A stretch of 52,674 nt of DNA, from assembly GCA_039921445.1 (NCBI GenBank), contig JBDSBU010000171.1, positions 1 through 52,674 of the forward strand. The letters run 5' to 3'. The position numbers were made by a program, and so were the translations under genes. This DNA is from Marmoricola sp. (GTDB lineage: Bacteria; Actinomycetota; Actinomycetes; Propionibacteriales; Nocardioidaceae). Positions 19,136 to 28,971 of the stretch are shown here, piece by piece (the stretch's first letter is position 1; every line of letters begins with the position of its first letter). The notes beneath the pieces are model-generated. The model was not told where the DNA came from and ran no database searches. It saw nothing but the letters and a program-made list of their open reading frames with translations.

Positions 19136-19412
19136 CTAGGGGTCAGTAGGCCGCTCCTCCAGCCGACCACCACAGGGGCCACCACACGGGCCCAGGTGCT
19201 GGTACGCCGAGCCGCCACGCGCGCCCGCAGGGTCGGTACGTCCCGCACTCGACATCCCACCCGCCGACGCCACAGCGAGTGTGACCCGAAGCACCGCCCC
19301 GGGGTCCTCATGGTGCGTGGTCACACCGAGCGAGCTCCGCCTGTCGCAAAGACGCTCACCCACCACGCCGTCACGCACCCGACCACGCGAGCAAGGGCCC
19401 CGAGCCGAGCTG

Positions 19413-20645
19413 TCAGACGTAGCTGACCGGAAGCTCCTTGATGCCGTTGATCCAACCGCTGCGCAGCCGACGGGGCTCGCCCATACGCGAGATGTCAGGC
19501 ATCCGGTCGGCGATCACGTTGAACATCACCTCGACCTCGAGACGTGCCAGGTTGGCGCCGATGCAGTAGTGCGCACCGTGACCACCAAAGGACAGGTGAG
19601 GGTTGGGGTCGCGCATGATGTCGAAGGTCCCGGGGTCCGAGAAGACCGACTCGTCGTGATTGCCGCTGGCGTAGAACAGGCCCACACGCTGGCCCTTCTT
19701 GACGAGCTGCCCGCCGACCTCGACGTCGTTGATCGCGGTGCGCTGGAAGACCGTGACCGGGGTCGCCCAGCGGATGATCTCGTCGACCGCGGTCTTCGGA
19801 CGCTCGGCCTTGAACAGCTCCCACTGGTCGGGATTGTCGAGGAAGGCGTGCATGCCGTGCGTGATCGCGTTGCGGGTGGTCTCGTTGCCGGCCACCGCCA
19901 GCAGGATCACGAAGTAGCCGAACTCGTCCTCACCGAGGCTGTGACCGTCCACGTCTGCGGTGATCAGCTTGGTGATGATGTCGTCCTTGGGGTTGGCTCG
20001 GCGATCCTCCGCCATTCCCATCGCGTAGCCCAGGATCTCGGCCGCTGCCACGTCCGGGTCGACGTCGTACTCCGGGTCGTCGTAGCTCATCATCTGGTTG
20101 GACCAGTCGAAGAGCTTGCGCCGGTCCTCCTGGGGTACGCCGAGCAGGTCGGCGATCGCCTGCAGGGGAAGCTCCGCGGCCACGTCGAAGACAAAGTCAC
20201 CCTTGCCCTTGGCGATCGCCTCGTCGACGATCGTGTGCGCGCGACCGACCAGGGTCTCGTGCATGGCCGCGATCGAGCGCGGAGTGAAACCACGACTGAT
20301 GACCTGGCGAGTCTTGGTGTGGTCCGGCGGGTCCTGGTTGATCAGCATCACCTGCTGCAACTCGACCTGGTCGCGGGTCATCTCGGGACTGAACCGGATG
20401 ATCGCGCCGTTCTCCGCGGAGGAGAAGTCCTTGCTGTTCTTGGAGACCGCAGCGACGTCCTGGTGGCGACTCACCGCCCAGTAGCCGGTGTCGTTGAAGC
20501 CCGCACGGGCTTCGGGCTCCTGCTCGACCCACCAGACCGGAGCGGTCCGTCGGAGCTCGAGAAACTCTTGGAGCGGGATCCCGTCCTGGCACAGCGTCGG
20601 ATCGGTGGGGTCGAAGCCCACGGGCACGGCGGGTGATGCGGTCAC
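19413..20645 (-). CDS. cyp125: Cytochrome P450, steroid C26/27 monooxygenase CYP125-like
   Basis: AVAGNETT, EIIR, SFGGHGAHYCIG heme motif, LRSGWINGIK. GTG start after GGAGG; divergent from fadA5. Confidence 0.85.
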   Translation of the reverse strand: MTASPAVPVGFDPTDPTLCQDGIPLQEFLELRRTAPVWWVEQEPEARAGFNDTGYWAVSRHQDVAAVSKNSKDFSSAENGAIIRFSPEMTRDQVELQQVMLINQDPPDHTKTRQVISRGFTPRSIAAMHETLVGRAHTIVDEAIAKGKGDFVFDVAAELPLQAIADLLGVPQEDRRKLFDWSNQMMSYDDPEYDVDPDVAAAEILGYAMGMAEDRRANPKDDIITKLITADVDGHSLGEDEFGYFVILLAVAGNETTRNAITHGMHAFLDNPDQWELFKAERPKTAVDEIIRWATPVTVFQRTAINDVEVGGQLVKKGQRVGLFYASGNHDESVFSDPGTFDIMRDPNPHLSFGGHGAHYCIGANLARLEVEVMFNVIADRMPDISRMGEPRRLRSGWINGIKELPVSYV

Positions 20646-20679
20646 TGCGGAAACCTCCACGACGGAAACTGACGAAATC

Positions 20680-20693
20680 TGCAACACGTTCTA
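20680..20693. promoter_or_regulatory. KstR operator (cyp125 side)
   Basis: TGCAACACGTTCTA, exact consensus match. Confidence 0.85.
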
Positions 20694-20768
20694 GAAATGA
20701 TCTTCACATACTCCAGGTTTGTTCGGAAGCCCGTTTCCGAGATTTCCCGGGTCGGCGTTGCTCCGAAT

Positions 20769-20782
20769 GAGAACGTGTTCTA
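20769..20782. promoter_or_regulatory. KstR operator (fadA5 side)
   Basis: GAGAACGTGTTCTA, one mismatch, overlapping a TAGTTT -10 six nt before the fadA5 ATG. Confidence 0.8.
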
Positions 20783-20789
20783 GTTTTGA

Positions 20790-21911
<1,122 letters not shown>

Positions 21912-21931
21912 GACTCAGAGCCGGGACCCAG

Positions 21932-21987
21932 GTCCGCGACCCCAGTCCGCGACCCCAGTCCCAGACCAAGTCCCAGACCCAGACTCA
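21932..21987. repeat. Short degenerate tandem repeat between convergent genes
   Basis: GTCCGCGACCCCA x2, then GTCCCAGACCAA, GTCCCAGACCCA, GACTCA. Confidence 0.6.
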
Positions 21988-21989
21988 GG

Positions 21990-23033
21990 TCAGGTGACCA
22001 GGGCCAGCACTGCCCGAAGCCGGTGCAGCGCCAGGCTGGCGCCCGCTCGAACCACCGCAGGTGCCCGCAGCTCGTCGAGCCCGGGCGCGCGCATCGCCGT
22101 CCAGCTGGCGTCACTGGGAAGCGCGGACTCGGGACCGTCACCGCTCACGGAGCGCGCCATCGCCTCGCGGACATCCAGCAGGGGTTCGCCGTCCGCCGGG
22201 ACCCAGGTCTGCCCCTCGCGACACAGCATGTCGTGACGCAGGCTCTCGATCAGCGCCGCGACCGTCCAGAACGGCGCGGTGCTCAGCGCTGCCGTGGCCA
22301 GGCTGACCAGGGTCGAGGGCACCGGCACCGTGGGGACGCGCAGCCGCACCAGCCCCGAGGCCCGCGAGGCCTCGCCGAGCAGCTTGGAGTAGGACAGGAC
22401 GCTGGGACCGCCGACGTCGATGGTGCCGGTGAGCTGCTCGTCGGCGAACGCCTCGACGAAGGCACGCAGGACGTCGGAGATGGCGACCGGCTGGACCCGG
22501 TGCTCCAGGAAGCTGGGCACGGGCTGGACCAGCAGAAGCGTGCCGAGCTGCCGGATCACCTCGAACGACGTCGACCCGGCCCCGATCACCACACCGGCAC
22601 GCAGCGTGAGCACCGAGCAGTCGGCCTCGGAGAGCAGCTGCTCGACCTCCAGCCGTGAGGAGATGTGCCGGGAGAGCTCGCTCGCCGGGGCCTCCGGGAC
22701 CAGGCCGGACAGATAGACCAGACGACGTACGCCGCTGCCGGCGATCGCATCGCGCACGACCTCGGCGCCCGAGCGGTCACGGTCCTCGAAGCCGCGAATG
22801 TCCAAGGAGTGCACGAGGTAGCAGACCGCATCGACACCGGTCAGGGCCGCAGCCACCTCGTCGGCATCAGTGACGTCGCAGCGGACCCACTCCACGTCGT
22901 GACCCCAGCCAAAGCGTTCGGCTGCCGGCTCGGAGGACGACGCCGCACGAACGGTGTGCCCCTCGGCGAGCAGGGTCGGCACGAGCCGTGACCCCACGTA
23001 GCCGCTCGCCCCGAGGACGAGGACGTGGCTCAC
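21990..23033 (-). CDS. Atypical SDR / NAD(P)H-binding protein (YbjT-like)
   Basis: VLGASGYVG, YLVHS, LVYLSGL, LRAGVVIGAGSTSFE. Confidence 0.82.
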   Translation of the reverse strand: MSHVLVLGASGYVGSRLVPTLLAEGHTVRAASSSEPAAERFGWGHDVEWVRCDVTDADEVAAALTGVDAVCYLVHSLDIRGFEDRDRSGAEVVRDAIAGSGVRRLVYLSGLVPEAPASELSRHISSRLEVEQLLSEADCSVLTLRAGVVIGAGSTSFEVIRQLGTLLLVQPVPSFLEHRVQPVAISDVLRAFVEAFADEQLTGTIDVGGPSVLSYSKLLGEASRASGLVRLRVPTVPVPSTLVSLATAALSTAPFWTVAALIESLRHDMLCREGQTWVPADGEPLLDVREAMARSVSGDGPESALPSDASWTAMRAPGLDELRAPAVVRAGASLALHRLRAVLALVT

Positions 23034-23494
23034 TTCTCACCCAGGTGGCGCACCAGGTTGTGCGCGAATCGGCGACCCATGCCAGCCATCACGGCGGCCA
23101 TGGCGGCTTCTACGGCCGGGCGGGTGATCCGGCTGAAAGGCAGCTCGCTGACCACCTCGAGCTCGATCGAGACGCGCGACCCCTCGCCCCGCTCCTCCAG
23201 GACGTAGTGGCCCTGGACGTAGGTGGTCTCCTCTGCGCGGCGCTCGTCGTGGCTGAACTCGATCCGCTGCGGCTCCTCGAAGTTCATCACCTCGGTGAAG
23301 GTGGTGCCGATCGACTTGCCCAGCACCGGGATCTTCGCGAGGTTCCAGGTCCAACGGTCGCCGTCCACGTCGATACGGCGCAGGTAGGGCGTCAGCCGCG
23401 GGAGCAGATCGGGGTCGGTCAGCGCTTTCCAGAGCTCCACGCGGGAGGACTTGAGTTCGGCACTGGAGCGGTTGGTCGCGGTGAAGCGGGTCAT
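23030..23494 (-). CDS. SRPBCC/CoxG-like protein
   Basis: MTRFTATNRS...LWKALTDPDLLPRLTP; its TGA overlaps the next GTG (GTGA). Confidence 0.75.
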   Translation of the reverse strand: MTRFTATNRSSAELKSSRVELWKALTDPDLLPRLTPYLRRIDVDGDRWTWNLAKIPVLGKSIGTTFTEVMNFEEPQRIEFSHDERRAEETTYVQGHYVLEERGEGSRVSIELEVVSELPFSRITRPAVEAAMAAVMAGMGRRFAHNLVRHLGEK

Positions 23495-23572
23495 GGGTCT
23501 CCTCGGTCGGCTGGCCCGGCCAGGTCGGTTGGTCTCCACAGAACCTACCGGCGGGGGGTTAGCGTCGAGCTC

Positions 23573-23971
23573 ATGGGAGAGCTCAACCTGAAGGCACGAG
23601 GACCCGCCGACGTCGCACTCGCCTGGGAGCGGTACGCCGATCCCGGACTGTGGTCGACGTGGGCGCCGCAGATCCAGCGCGTGGAGACCGACATGTCGCG
23701 ACTGCGAGCGGGCGGGCACGGCGTGGTCCGGGCCGGGGTGCTCCCCCACCCGACGCTCGGGATCCCTTTCTCGGTGCTCGACGTCGATGAAGAGGCCCGA
23801 AGCTGGGTCTGGAAGGTCAACCTCGGACCGGTCCGACTGGTGCTGGAGCACGGCGTCGAACCCGAAGGCACTGGGAGCATGACCAGCTTGCGGCTTCGCG
23901 GGCCGCTGCCGGTGCTGTTGGCCTACGCACCGGTGGCTCGTTTCGCCCTCGGACGCCTGGTGGCGGAGTAG
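23573..23971 (+). CDS. SRPBCC / polyketide cyclase-like protein
   Basis: AWERYADPGLWSTWAPQI...VLDVDEEARSWVWKV; TAGCGT -10 before the ATG. Confidence 0.72.
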   Translation: MGELNLKARGPADVALAWERYADPGLWSTWAPQIQRVETDMSRLRAGGHGVVRAGVLPHPTLGIPFSVLDVDEEARSWVWKVNLGPVRLVLEHGVEPEGTGSMTSLRLRGPLPVLLAYAPVARFALGRLVAE

Positions 23972-24004
23972 GCTTCCAGGAACTCGGACCCAAGGGAGAA
24001 TCAC

Positions 24005-24199
24005 ATGCCGACCTACGTTTGGTTGCTGATCTGGGGGGTCGCCATCGCCACGCTCGCCTTCTTCTACGTGCGTGAGCGCCGGTCCGGCCGCAAGCCCATC
24101 GCCGAGGTCGACCGTTACGGCCACCAGGCCACCCGAGAGGCCGGTGCGCGCCTGGACGGTGGCGGGCCAAACTCAGGCGCCCAGACCTGGCTCGGCTGA
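24005..24199 (+). CDS. Small single-pass membrane protein
   Basis: AAGGGAG RBS, N-terminal TM helix followed by basic residues, GC-rich third positions. Confidence 0.6.
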   Translation: MPTYVWLLIWGVAIATLAFFYVRERRSGRKPIAEVDRYGHQATREAGARLDGGGPNSGAQTWLG

Positions 24200-24244
24200 C
24201 CTCAAACTCGTCCGAACGCGATCATTTGCCCCTACTCTCTGCCC

Positions 24245-24712
24245 ATGAGCCCTCTTGGCCGCAAGGTCCTCATGTGGATGATCCCGGTCAACCTGCTGAT
24301 GCTGGTCTGGGTGTGGATCGGGCGGATCGCCTTCGGTGTCGGTGGCTGGTTCTTCCTGATCATGCTCTACGCGCTGCCGTTCTTGTTCCTGGCGCTGCTG
24401 GCCACGACCCTGATGGGCTTCCTGATCGGCTCCGACAGACCACGGGCCCTCACCCGTGCGCAGGCCCTTGCGCAACTGGCGATGTGGGCAGCGATGGCCG
24501 CCTTCGGATTCTTCATCGTCGACTTCGGCGACGCGCCTGAGAGCGACCTCTCGGTGTTCACCCAGCTGGTCGGTCGCAACGACGCAACGCTTTCCCTGAG
24601 CTGGACCCTGACCGCGATCTCCGGCGGCATCGTGATCGCCGCGTGGGTGATCCTGCTGGTGCTTCTGCTGGCACAGCGTCGCAGCCACAGGGCGGCGCTG
24701 GCCGCTGCCTGA
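24245..24712 (+). CDS. Four-TM hypothetical membrane protein
   Basis: Four hydrophobic segments; typical codon usage; TACTCT -10 before the ATG. Confidence 0.7.
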   Translation: MSPLGRKVLMWMIPVNLLMLVWVWIGRIAFGVGGWFFLIMLYALPFLFLALLATTLMGFLIGSDRPRALTRAQALAQLAMWAAMAAFGFFIVDFGDAPESDLSVFTQLVGRNDATLSLSWTLTAISGGIVIAAWVILLVLLLAQRRSHRAALAAA

Positions 24713-24840
24713 GCGCCCCGCCGGCACCCCAACAGGCCCACCGGAAAACCCGTTGCATCTGCCTTGGGAAACCACGATTCTGGATGGCGCGGGTCTTGCG
24801 ACCGGACGCCTGCCCGACGTTCCACGAGAGGAGAACTGAC

Positions 24841-24936
24841 ATGACCGCCACTGTCACTGGCCTGCCCGCAGACCACTTCTCTCACCTACGGAGCACCCGT
24901 GTCCCTCTCGAACCCGGCGAAACCCAGCGCCACTGA
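24841..24936 (+). CDS. Candidate 31-aa leader ORF overlapping the RIO kinase start
   Basis: GAGAGGAG RBS, then MTATVTGLPADHFSHLRSTRVPLEPGETQRH*. Confidence 0.4.
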   Translation: MTATVTGLPADHFSHLRSTRVPLEPGETQRH

Positions 24937-25768
24937 CCAGATCGACCCTGCCTTCGTCTGCGACTTCCGTGCCTACGACGACCCCGACTCCGACTCGCAG
25001 AGATGGTCGACCTGGCTCGAGGTCGAACCGCTGTGCCGCGGACCCGAGCCGCGCCCCGACTGGGTGGTGACCGACCGGGCTGCCATCGACACCGAGCTCG
25101 GTGTCCTGAAGACCGGCAAGGAGGCCGATGTCTTCCTGCTCGAGCGTGCTGTGGAGCGCGGACCGTCGGTGGTGATGGCGGCCAAGCGCTACCGGTCACC
25201 GGAGCACAGCGACTTCCACCGATCGACCGCCTACACCGAGGGCCGACGCGCCCGGAACAGCAGGGACACGCGCGCGGTGGCGAGGCGCTCAGCGTTCGGT
25301 CGCTCGGTGGCGGCCGCCCAATGGGCCACCGCCGAGTGGAACTCTCTCAAGACCTGTTGGTCACTCGGTCTGCCCGTGCCCTATCCGGTGCAGATCGACG
25401 GCACCGAGCTGCTGATGGAGTGGATCCGGGGCGAGGACCAGCACACCGCTCCGAGACTCGCCCAGACGCGCCCGCCGCCGGCGAGGCTATCGGCATACTT
25501 CGACCAGCTCGTCGAGTCGATGACGACCATGGCACGACACGGGATCGCGCACGGCGACCTCTCTGCCTACAACCTCCTCGCCGCAGGCGAGCGCCTGGTG
25601 ATCATTGACCTGCCTCAGGTCGTGGACGTCGTCGGCAATCCCCGGGGTCCGGACCTCTTGCTACGGGACTGCGTCAACATCTGTGCGTGGTTCCGCCGTC
25701 AGGGGCTGGAGCACAGGCTCGCGGACGAGCACGCGCTGTTCGCCGAGCTGATCTCCACGATCTGCTGA
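24899..25768 (+). CDS. RIO1-family atypical protein kinase/ATPase
   Basis: LGVLKTGKEADV, AAKRY, LLMEW, HGDLSAYNLL, IIDLPQ, RDCVNI. Confidence 0.87.
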   Translation: MSLSNPAKPSATDQIDPAFVCDFRAYDDPDSDSQRWSTWLEVEPLCRGPEPRPDWVVTDRAAIDTELGVLKTGKEADVFLLERAVERGPSVVMAAKRYRSPEHSDFHRSTAYTEGRRARNSRDTRAVARRSAFGRSVAAAQWATAEWNSLKTCWSLGLPVPYPVQIDGTELLMEWIRGEDQHTAPRLAQTRPPPARLSAYFDQLVESMTTMARHGIAHGDLSAYNLLAAGERLVIIDLPQVVDVVGNPRGPDLLLRDCVNICAWFRRQGLEHRLADEHALFAELISTIC

Positions 25769-25774
25769 ATGGAC

Positions 25775-26617
25775 TCACAACGCTCGCCAGCCTGCGTAGT
25801 CGTGCACGGCCATGCCGGCGTACGTCGGAGTCCCGAACTCGGCAGCATCCACGGTCGTCAGCGCGAGTTCGAGGGTCCGCACACTGGTCCCGTGGAAGGT
25901 CTGCTTGCGCGACACCGCATCATCGCCGAGGTAGTTGGTCTCCACTGCGAGCCGGCACGGGATGCCAACGGCCGCAGCACTGGCCAAGGCATGCGCGCCG
26001 ATCGAGGTGATGCTGTCGGGGCCGCACACGGTGTTGCGGTAGCTCATCACCGTCACCGCGTCGACGCGGTCCATCACGGCCTGGTCGAGTGGTGTCCCCG
26101 TCGCGGTCGGGACGGTGTGCAGCCAGAAGGCGATGTCGGCTTCCAACGGGAGAGACGTGGCCGTGGCCAGCATCTCGATGACGCCGAGGTAGCCATCCAC
26201 CACCACGTCGCGGCGGCTGTCCCAGTCCGACCGGGTCCAGGGCTCGATGTCGACGTGAACTCCATCGAAGAGCCCGGTCAGGAGCGCCGACTGCTGCCAT
26301 GCCAGGGCGAGGCACGGATGGTCGATCCAGGTGATCTCACCACCCAGGGCAGCGACCCGGATCCCAGCGGCACCCGCTTGGGTCACGACCGAGCGCACCC
26401 AGGCCAGGTCCGGCGACGAGACGAGGTCGGGGCCGACCTGCAGGAACAGCTCGGTGACACTCTGCTTCCTGGCCCAGGAGACCAGGGTGAGTGCGTCAGG
26501 ACGGGGTCCGACCCAGGTGGCCCTCCCCCGGCTCGGCATCAGACTCGGCTTCGAGCTCGGCTCCGGGTTGGGCAGAACAGTTTCGCCAGCAAGTGGTCGC
26601 ATCGTGCCTCCGGACAC
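25775..26617 (-). CDS. Hypothetical protein, possible glycoside-hydrolase-like TIM barrel; start uncertain
   Basis: FDGVHVDIEPW, VTVMSYRN, AVET, GMAVHDY pattern. Confidence 0.55.
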   Translation of the reverse strand: MSGGTMRPLAGETVLPNPEPSSKPSLMPSRGRATWVGPRPDALTLVSWARKQSVTELFLQVGPDLVSSPDLAWVRSVVTQAGAAGIRVAALGGEITWIDHPCLALAWQQSALLTGLFDGVHVDIEPWTRSDWDSRRDVVVDGYLGVIEMLATATSLPLEADIAFWLHTVPTATGTPLDQAVMDRVDAVTVMSYRNTVCGPDSITSIGAHALASAAAVGIPCRLAVETNYLGDDAVSRKQTFHGTSVRTLELALTTVDAAEFGTPTYAGMAVHDYAGWRAL

Positions 26618-26657
26618 CTCGTCCTGCGACGATAGCGGCCCGGAGCCCGGCGTACCC

Positions 26658-27167
26658 CTAGATGAAGAGCAGCTGGGCGCCGTCGATCAGCTCGATGAAG
26701 TCCGCGGCGTTGATGATGCCCTCGACCTCCTCGTAGAGATCCGACTCCTCCAGGTGCTGCATGTCCGCCGACATCCTGCAGGCCCAGAGGTGGCCACCGG
26801 AGTCGCTGATCTGCTGGAGGAACTCCGGCACCTCGGGCACTCCGACCTCGGCGATCGACTTCTTCATCTGGTGAGTGGCCATCGCGGTCATTCCCGGCAC
26901 CCCTCCGAGGCCCTGCGGCATGTGGGTGGCGGTGTTGCCCAGCATCGTGAACTTCAGGTCGCCCATCGTCTTCTTGTTGATCATGTCGAAGCCCCAGAAG
27001 GTGAAGAACAGGTGGGTCTCCACCCCCTCACCGAGGGCTGCGTTGGCCATGATCAGTCCCGGGTAGGCCATGTCTAGGTTGCCTTTGGAGCAGATGATCG
27101 CGAGCTTCCGGTCGGTCCCGGCGTCAGCGAAGTCCGGGACGATCGGTGCGGACTGGATGGTGGTCAT
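26658..27167 (-). CDS. DsrE2/DsrF/DrsH-like sulfur carrier
   Basis: KLAIICSKGNLDMAYP, LFFTFWG, LWACRMS; AAGGAG RBS before ATG 27167. Confidence 0.85.
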   Translation of the reverse strand: MTTIQSAPIVPDFADAGTDRKLAIICSKGNLDMAYPGLIMANAALGEGVETHLFFTFWGFDMINKKTMGDLKFTMLGNTATHMPQGLGGVPGMTAMATHQMKKSIAEVGVPEVPEFLQQISDSGGHLWACRMSADMQHLEESDLYEEVEGIINAADFIELIDGAQLLFI

Positions 27168-27227
27168 GTCTGGCTCCTTGGATGTCACTGCTGGTAGGTC
27201 TCGTCGGGATGAAGCACGATCGGTGGA

Positions 27228-27542
27228 TCACACGCAACCGCGAGGCTTTGGCAGCCCGGCGATGTAGGCCATCTTCTTGGCCGGCTTCTTGGGGAAGAGC
27301 CCGAAGAGCTGCTTCATCGGGATGCCGCCCTGGGTGGCCACCCGACGCAGCGTGGCGGTCTCTCCCTGTTCGGGGAAGTCCGCGCGCAGGAAGCGGATCG
27401 CCTGCCAGTGCTCGTCGGTCAGGTCGACGCCGATCTGCTTGGCGAGGACCTCACCGAGGGGTTCGGTCCACTCGTCGTACTTGGTCATGAACCCGTCGTC
27501 GTCGACGTGGATGTCGTGACCGTCAATCGTGGTCGTGGGCAT
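27228..27542 (-). CDS. TusE/DsrC-family sulfur relay protein, single C-terminal Cys
   Basis: VDDDGF, LTDEHWQAIRFLR, LFPKKPAKKMAYIAGLPKPRGCV. Confidence 0.88.
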   Translation of the reverse strand: MPTTTIDGHDIHVDDDGFMTKYDEWTEPLGEVLAKQIGVDLTDEHWQAIRFLRADFPEQGETATLRRVATQGGIPMKQLFGLFPKKPAKKMAYIAGLPKPRGCV

Positions 27543-27543
27543 G

Positions 27544-28806
27544 TCAGGCTCCTTGCCTGTCGGAGGTGTGTTCTTGCTCGGGTAGGTGCTTGCCCACCAT
27601 CGACATGTGGCTGGGGATCGGAAGGCGACGGCCGGGCAGCAGCACGTTCCAGTAGATCCACCGGAAGGCCAGCTTGCCGAGGTGGTTGGCGCGGGTCTCC
27701 TTCAACAGGTCCATGGGACCCACCAACGGCAACGGGAACTTGCCGGTCAACGGCTCGGTCTCGTAGTTGAAGTCGATCAACATCGCCTTGTCGTTCCCGG
27801 ACTCGATGAAGCAGTTGGCGTGGCCGTCGAACGCACCGGTCATCGGTTGGCCCTGGATGTGCTGCAGGAAGTTCCCGACGAAGATCTCGACAGCGAAGTG
27901 TGCGACCGAACCAGCCTTGGAGGCCGGGATGTCGCTGGAGTCACCGACCGCGAAGATATTGGTGTGGTCCTTGGCCAACAGCGTGTGCTTGTCCACGGGC
28001 ACGTAGTTGAGCTCGTTGCCCAGACCCGAGCGGCCCACGAAGTCGGCGCCCATGTTCAGGGGCACTGTGACCAGCAGGTCGAAGGGCACTTCACGCTCGT
28101 CGAAGGACCTCAGCACCTTGCTCTCCTGGTCGATGCTCTCGACCATGAAGTCGGTCTCCAGATGCACCTTGCGCTCTTCGAGCATGCCGCCAAGTGCCGC
28201 GGAGGACACCGGCTTGGTGAAGGCTCCGTCCAACGGGGTGACGTAGGACAGCTCGACGCGGTCGCGCAGGCCGTGATCACGTAACCAGGCCTCGAGGAGG
28301 AAGGTGAACTCCAGCGGAGCCACGGGGCACTTGATCGGCATCTCGGTGATGTGCACGACGAGGCGTCCGTGTTCGAACTGCCTCAGTGCGCCAGCCAGGG
28401 CCTCGGCGCCGTCAAGGGTATAGAAGTCGAAGATGCTCTTCTGCCACTCCGGACCGAGCATCCCCGGTGTCTGGTCGGGCCGCGGGGTGGTGCCGGTCGC
28501 AATCACGAGCTGGTCGTAGCCCAGCTCGCGGCCACCGTCGAGAACCACGACATCGCGGGCCGCGTCGACCCGGTCGACCGTGCCAAGGACGAAGTCGACC
28601 GCGTCGGGCAGGAAAGCCTGGCGAGATCGCACGACCTGCTCGCGGGAGAGGCCACCGAAGGGCACGAACAGGTACCCAGGCTGGTAGTGGTGCTCGTCGT
28701 CGCGATCGACGACTGTGATGCCCCACCCACCGCCGAGCTGGCTGTGCAGCTTGTTGGCGATCATCGTCCCGGCGGTTCCCCCGCCGAGGATGAGAAGTCT
28801 CTTCAT
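27544..28806 (-). CDS. sqr: Sulfide:quinone oxidoreductase (type III-like)
   Basis: ILGGGTAG, HHYQPGYLFVPFG, PIKCPVAPLE, FDGHANCFIE. Confidence 0.82.
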   Translation of the reverse strand: MKRLLILGGGTAGTMIANKLHSQLGGGWGITVVDRDDEHHYQPGYLFVPFGGLSREQVVRSRQAFLPDAVDFVLGTVDRVDAARDVVVLDGGRELGYDQLVIATGTTPRPDQTPGMLGPEWQKSIFDFYTLDGAEALAGALRQFEHGRLVVHITEMPIKCPVAPLEFTFLLEAWLRDHGLRDRVELSYVTPLDGAFTKPVSSAALGGMLEERKVHLETDFMVESIDQESKVLRSFDEREVPFDLLVTVPLNMGADFVGRSGLGNELNYVPVDKHTLLAKDHTNIFAVGDSSDIPASKAGSVAHFAVEIFVGNFLQHIQGQPMTGAFDGHANCFIESGNDKAMLIDFNYETEPLTGKFPLPLVGPMDLLKETRANHLGKLAFRWIYWNVLLPGRRLPIPSHMSMVGKHLPEQEHTSDRQGA

Positions 28807-28861
28807 CAGGTCCTCCTTGGTCCTTCTCCTCCAGCCTCGCGCACGGATGCCATCTCAGAGA

Positions 28862-28897
28862 GGGCCGAACGTCCCCTTCGGGGGCGACCTCAGACCA
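28862..28897. promoter_or_regulatory. DosR/DevR-like primary and secondary boxes upstream of sqr
   Basis: GGGCCGAACGTCCC (28862-28875; minus strand GGGACGTTCGGCCC) and a weaker GCGACCTCAGACCA starting 22 bp further along; DevR consensus core GGGACTWWAGTCCC. Confidence 0.5.
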
Positions 28898-28971
28898 GCC
28901 TTCACCCAGATGCCGCCTGGGCGTGTCATGCGTCATACCCGTGCTCGGACTGCGCTGCTAGCGTCCGCCCC

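Noticed and set aside
19064-19426. ORFs in the ltp3-cyp125 gap
   Set aside because: Low-complexity Arg/Thr/Ala translation, no RBS, and spans hairpins.
21921-21990. Possible CRISPR or iteron array
   Set aside because: Units are 12-13 bp, adjacent, with no spacers and no cas or rep gene.
26652-26657. GGGTAC as a SigF -10 for the TIM-barrel gene
   Set aside because: No matching -35 at the right spacing.
28351-28971. Upstream extension of the CoA-lyase ORF
   Set aside because: Overlaps sqr on the opposite strand; the real start is MRSAKDFF at 28972.
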